The notes under the pieces: generated by a model
What the model was told of the DNA's origin: nothing
The model's input: the letters and a program-made list of their open reading frames with translations, nothing else
Databases searched by the model: none
Program-made: the position numbers and the translations under genes
Source of the DNA: Minutocellus sp. GHC0000111
Lineage: Eukaryota
Assembly: GCA_977018835.1 (NCBI GenBank)
Contig: OZ361257.1
Coordinates: forward strand, 1 to 64,000
Reading direction: 5' to 3'
DNA: 64,000 nt
Shown: one piece after another, positions 59,133 to 64,000 of the stretch
Layout of the letters: the number at the start of each line of letters is the position of its first letter
Numbering within the stretch: the stretch's first letter is position 1

Positions 59133-59750
59133 GGTGTTGGATGCAGTATTTTGTGGCAGTAGAGCAACAGTTTGTATGTCGGGTGGGTTGGAAATGAGGA
59201 AGGTTTCATTGAGTGGCGGGCGCGCCGGGCGGGTGATGATTTTTTTGGCCCGCTCGATTTTGGCGCGGGGGGTCACCCGGACCGCACAAGACACGCCATC
59301 ATGGGGACCATGGAGACCGATATCGGAGCTCAAACCATGTGGCTACTTGAATCAATGCATTTGGGAGGTGGTGGTGGGGTCGGGAGGTGGAGGAGGTGAC
59401 CGGTTGTCATCGGAAAAACTGGCAGAAGTCAGTCGGGGGAGGGGCGATGGATGGGGTGAGAATCAATCGGCCAGACGCTGGCATGGGAAGATGAAATCGA
59501 TGTCTCCGAGTCGGTCCAAGGTCAAGGACCAACCCGTTCTGGAGACACCACGCTTATCCCTTGCGTGAAGCGGATGCCGTCGGCACTGCCGTCACCGCCA
59601 TCTTGAAGACAGGACGACAGCAAATAAATGCTCTGCTTGCTGTGTGCGTTTGTGCTGATTTTTATGAGATTTTGCCCAAAGACCCGAAAACCGGGTCCCT
59701 GAAACTGCTGTCCGCGACCTCGTAGTTTGCACTAATCATAATATTTCAAT

Positions 59751-61082
59751 ATGTCTCTGTCTCAAAACTCAACCATGACCACGCCGCCGCTCCCCCCAGC
59801 CCTCTCCCCTACCGCCAACGTCCGGCGCTCCTGCCGCATGCTCATGGACGAGCCGGTCGTCGATCCTTTTCTTGACGAACCGTCTGATCTCACACCGACA
59901 CGTCCAAAAGTTGACGAGGACACAAACACTTCTTCTCCACAAGCGCCGACATCCCGACGAACGGTGGGCATTTACAGCACCTCCTTGACCAAGCTGGCGG
60001 TCAAAATTGCTTCACAGATTGCGGCAGATGACGAATCGACGCCATCATCTTCGGAGGCTATCGAATGGGACGCCGACGGGTGGCACTACACCGGCGCAAA
60101 CTTTGCCAGTAGCACATCCCGTGCCGAGAACGAAGACCAACTTGAGGTGCTGTTGTATATTCTCGCCTTGGATGCCATCAATTTTTGCTTCTGGCCAACC
60201 GAAGATGACACAGGAAAGTCAGCCTGTACCAAAAATATGCTGGAATACGAGCATTTGGCTTCGGCTCTCCGAATGATGGCCGAGCGGGATGACGTGAGAA
60301 CCGAAGATGGGGCTGAATCCGCTGACACATATGCATTCAGCCCAAGAAATCTGGCCACCATGTCGGTAGAATCATTTCTATCGGATATTCAACAATATCT
60401 CCCCGGACCAAGTTCAGACGGTGGCTTTTACCTCATACCGAATGCGTCGGAACGAGTTCGACTGCTGAATGAGCTTGGACATGGTCTCATCACTCACCAC
60501 GACGGATCGGCCACCTCCATGTTGCAAAAGTGCATTGGACCGAGCGGTAAACCCAGCGCCGTGAAGTTGGTCGATGCAATCACATCAACATTTCGTGGCT
60601 TTCGGGATGAGACGGTTGATGCCAAAGGCCGACAGATATGCTTCTACAAGCGGGCTCAGATTGCCGTGGGAGACATCTGGGCGGCATTTTGGAAAGGTCA
60701 AAAGGATACGGTGGGAGGGAGACTGACCAACTTTGACGATATATCCGAACTGACTACCTTTGCCGACTATCGTGTGCCGCAGTTGCTCCGGCACGTGGGC
60801 GTGCTGCGGTATTCCGAAGAGCTTTCGGCAAAGGTCGATGGAATGGAGGAGATCATGGCGGGTTCGTCTGACGAGCTATTCATCCGAGCTGGTACAGTGG
60901 TTGCAGTGGACAAACTTGTCGATGAGGTCAAGCGCATTCTCAAGAGTAACGAAGCATCACAAGAGAAAGTCCATGAGGTGAATGCCGTCCTTCTTGACTG
61001 GCATCTGTGGCAGATTGGCGAGAAGCTCGATAGAGAGGGAACACTGAAGCCTCACCATCGAGTTCGGACGGTCTTCTATTAG
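59751..61082 (+). CDS. QNG1: Queuosine-nucleotide N-glycosylase/hydrolase (queuine salvage, DUF2419)
   Basis: LDAINFCFW, GFRD, FYKRAQI, LTTFADYRVPQ, D..LW and HHRVRTVFY. Confidence 0.92.
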   Translation: MSLSQNSTMTTPPLPPALSPTANVRRSCRMLMDEPVVDPFLDEPSDLTPTRPKVDEDTNTSSPQAPTSRRTVGIYSTSLTKLAVKIASQIAADDESTPSSSEAIEWDADGWHYTGANFASSTSRAENEDQLEVLLYILALDAINFCFWPTEDDTGKSACTKNMLEYEHLASALRMMAERDDVRTEDGAESADTYAFSPRNLATMSVESFLSDIQQYLPGPSSDGGFYLIPNASERVRLLNELGHGLITHHDGSATSMLQKCIGPSGKPSAVKLVDAITSTFRGFRDETVDAKGRQICFYKRAQIAVGDIWAAFWKGQKDTVGGRLTNFDDISELTTFADYRVPQLLRHVGVLRYSEELSAKVDGMEEIMAGSSDELFIRAGTVVAVDKLVDEVKRILKSNEASQEKVHEVNAVLLDWHLWQIGEKLDREGTLKPHHRVRTVFY

Positions 61083-61128
61083 ACTACCAAACGCACAGAG
61101 AATCAATTTGATTTGTCAAGAGGAGAAA

Positions 61129-63201
61129 TCATACTACTGTGGAAGGATTATTGACTACCTTGAAACCGTTCTCGTCAAACGATGATTCCGTGGAGTTGCT
61201 AAACGAAACTGAGAGATACGGATGCTCACCCGATAATTTTTCGTCCGATGCCATCTGATCCGCGGCCGACGTCACGAGAGACTCAACACTGCTACCGCTA
61301 CTGACTACCTTGGTTGCATGTACAACCGCAAGACTTTTCCTTGCCCTCTCGGCCCATCGAAGCATCTTTGGATTGGACATGAATTTGACATGTGGATAGA
61401 ACGAAACGTCATCTGCGAGAACACTGGTTGTAGACGAAGATTCGGCTGCAGGTGTGCCCGAGCCTTCTGGCATTGCATCGCCGGTGGAATTATCGTTGGG
61501 ATCCCAGCACGAAGAAATGAGACTGTCAAAGGATTCTACGGATCCATGGAATGATCCATCGTCATTCGGGAGGGTAGTAACAATCGCTCCAGGAGGATCG
61601 ATGCCGACTGTTTGGGCCAGAGCATCGGGTGAAGTTGGTATTTTGGTATCTCCAGCCTCGGAGTTCTCTGTTTTCGAAGGGTTTTGAGGGTGTTGGCCAG
61701 ATGACCCTGGGATATCGGATATTGCGCCTACCGGTTGCGTCTTCTGAGAGGATGAAGAGTTATTCGATTGCCACGAGCAGGTACTCCAGCCATCAAAGCT
61801 CGACCAAACGCTATCAAGGATGGAAAACGAAGTCGAACTGGGCTGAAGTGGTCCAACAACTTTGCACTGCCTTTTTGCAAAGACCGCGGAGGGTGGCTGA
61901 AGCGGATCCAGATCATCCAAGCTCTTGACCTCAAACAAATGCCTCTGCAGTGTGATCAATGATTGGGACGGTGCATCGAGGCCATCACATTTTGCAGATC
62001 TTGGCACCGTCGTTGTTTTTGCCTTGTTCGATGCCTTGGGCGTAGTGTCGCTAAAGACATTTGTGATCTGATCGTTGAAAAGATATTCCGACGACAACTC
62101 CATTGACATGCATCCAGGTAGATAAGTCGGTCTGTTGTCCTTCTCGGTGTATTCGCTGGTGTACGATGAGGGCGTTGGTCTCAGATGGTTGCGATAAAAT
62201 TCAATCTCTTCGATGCTATCAGTGGGATCGTTGGATAATTTGTGTTGCTCTACAATGTGGTTTCGTCGAATGTCGGCCCTGCGCAGTAGCAGAAAGGCAA
62301 CGGCAAAGAAGCATGCGCCAAGGATTGCTCCTATGAGAAATATAGCTCGTTCTCCTGATCCAGCGGGCTGCGTGGAAGTGGCAGAGGTAATTTCGTTGAT
62401 GATACCGGAGGTTGCCGTCGGCGCTGTACTTGGGCTTGATCGAAGGGGTGGGGCCTGCATCGTACGTGTTTTCGTTGGCATTGGCGTTGGTGTAGAGCTT
62501 GGACGAGCAGAGGATGGCACGCCATAATCCTTAATATCATCATCTCGTGGAATGATACGTGCCGCGAATCCTTGCCCCTCCGAGAAGACGGCCACGGCAG
62601 TTTGCAACTCAGATTCCAATAGCGAAGCACCAGGACTGCCTGAGTCCAATAGTGTGTTTATGAGATCATCAAGGAATATTCTTAGGAGGTCGTTGTTATC
62701 ATTCTCTTCGATTCGCCTGCCGCCAAAGGATGGAGATATGGCACTGATCAGGTCAAAGTAGGCTGTAGCTTGTAGTCGAATCAGACTGCATGGGCACTGC
62801 GGTGAAGCTTCTGAGCTTTCGTTCTCTTTCTCAATACTATCAAGCTCATGCGTGGGCAGCAGATCGACCTCAATGCTTTGGTACTGTCCAATGCGGACAG
62901 CATCGCCGTTTGATGGTAGGGATAGATACGAACCGGCAAAGTGGTTGGTAAGGACCTCGTGGAGGGCAGCCTGCACAGTTTGTTGAGCTGATTTGATTGT
63001 GCTGGGTGTGAGCATTGGATTCGTTGTCCACGGATGATATAGCTGCAACTGAAAGGGCGAGGAATTGACTTGCAGGGTACTTTCTTCTTCGTTTTGGGTG
63101 GCATCATTGCTCGGATACGATCGTTCGTCGTTGGACCAGGCATGGCAGGTTGAGGCGAAGATCAAAAGGATTATCGATACCAGAACGGCGTTGTGAATCA
63201 T
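61129..63201 (-). CDS. Signal-peptide, single-TM hypothetical protein
   Basis: Hydrophobic N-terminus ending CHA|W, a central TM helix and a Ser-rich tail. Confidence 0.7.
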   Translation of the reverse strand: MIHNAVLVSIILLIFASTCHAWSNDERSYPSNDATQNEEESTLQVNSSPFQLQLYHPWTTNPMLTPSTIKSAQQTVQAALHEVLTNHFAGSYLSLPSNGDAVRIGQYQSIEVDLLPTHELDSIEKENESSEASPQCPCSLIRLQATAYFDLISAISPSFGGRRIEENDNNDLLRIFLDDLINTLLDSGSPGASLLESELQTAVAVFSEGQGFAARIIPRDDDIKDYGVPSSARPSSTPTPMPTKTRTMQAPPLRSSPSTAPTATSGIINEITSATSTQPAGSGERAIFLIGAILGACFFAVAFLLLRRADIRRNHIVEQHKLSNDPTDSIEEIEFYRNHLRPTPSSYTSEYTEKDNRPTYLPGCMSMELSSEYLFNDQITNVFSDTTPKASNKAKTTTVPRSAKCDGLDAPSQSLITLQRHLFEVKSLDDLDPLQPPSAVFAKRQCKVVGPLQPSSTSFSILDSVWSSFDGWSTCSWQSNNSSSSQKTQPVGAISDIPGSSGQHPQNPSKTENSEAGDTKIPTSPDALAQTVGIDPPGAIVTTLPNDDGSFHGSVESFDSLISSCWDPNDNSTGDAMPEGSGTPAAESSSTTSVLADDVSFYPHVKFMSNPKMLRWAERARKSLAVVHATKVVSSGSSVESLVTSAADQMASDEKLSGEHPYLSVSFSNSTESSFDENGFKVVNNPSTVV

Positions 63202-64000
63202 CACGTGACGGGTGGAATTGGCATTGATGTTCACAGAGATGGCCGGGGATGGCGGTATAAATTGATACTGTTGTTATTGGTCTACACTTACAGATAGATG
63301 GCAGGTCTGGCAGGGATGATTGAGACGACCGACCGACTGGCGACAACTCCTTCCTCCTCCCCTCCCCATTCCTTTCTTCCACGCTTGGTAGGCCTAGCTA
63401 GGATTGTGTGTGCAAACATGATAAAATTGCCCACTAGGTAGCTCTAGAAATCTAGAAGAGATAGCTCTAGCGAGTAGATCTACCGGTACTAAACCTGCTA
63501 TTCAAGATTCACACTCACTTCGCTCTTCTTCCCCTGATTTGCGCCCGCTGTTTTGCTCGGCTGCAAACCTCGCCGCATATCGGCGACGTTTCTTCCCGGC
63601 ACCCTCACACACCGCCCCCCAGCCCAGCGGCGACCGGCCACTTGCTCGTTCTGCTCCTTCTGCTCTGCACTTGCGGCGGAGGTCGTATCTATCCGACCCC
63701 TGCCCGACCTCCGCTTTCTCTTGTTGATTGAGAAAGTGCGCATCATAAGATACCACCGGAGAAGGAATTGCTTGACTTTGCTGTGCCGTATCCTCTTTTT
63801 CAACTGAAGAAAAAGCAGCACGTGCCGTGCGCTGCCGGAAACAAAACCTGCCTCTCGGCGAGGTTCCGAGCTGGGTAGAGCCGTCCATCCCAACAGCCCC
63901 AGGGAACCGGACGAACCCAACCAACCAGGGGCACTAACCAACGCCGTCCCTCCCATCCATAAACCGGCACATACTAGTACCAAATTGATAAACCATGGGC

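Noticed and set aside
63498..63983. ORFs at the window edge
   Set aside because: Non-ATG starts and no motifs; cannot be judged without flanking sequence.

Overview
This window is the left end of a eukaryotic nuclear chromosome, very likely from a diatom (inferred from (CCCTAA)n telomere repeats, ASAFAP-type bipartite plastid presequences, short GT-AG introns and an AdoMetDC-aminopropyltransferase fusion). About 62 telomere repeats lead almost directly into about 28 tightly packed, intron-poor genes. These include P5CS, plastid PGM, CtpA, a tautomerase-like protein, a long-chain-polyamine synthase-type fusion, PDZ-PX-VPS9, MFS, ABC, OHP-like, FG-GAP, TMEM164-like, FabI, PPR, nucleolin, DSP, MYND, Mpv17, GH38-GT16 and QNG1. 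Five points stand out. (1) One ORF fuses Golgi alpha-mannosidase II to a GnT-II/MGAT2 domain. (2) A non-coding 1.2 kb element with a 12-13 bp target duplication sits in a PPR gene; it carries a GTAAGT donor and could splice out in frame (introner-like). (3) A hAT-like transposase relic truncates CtpA. (4) At least five genes carry disabling lesions. (5) There are opposite TpA signatures: TA-poor relics versus CTAG-rich palindromic intergenic patches. All calls come from manual motif reading; no searches were run.
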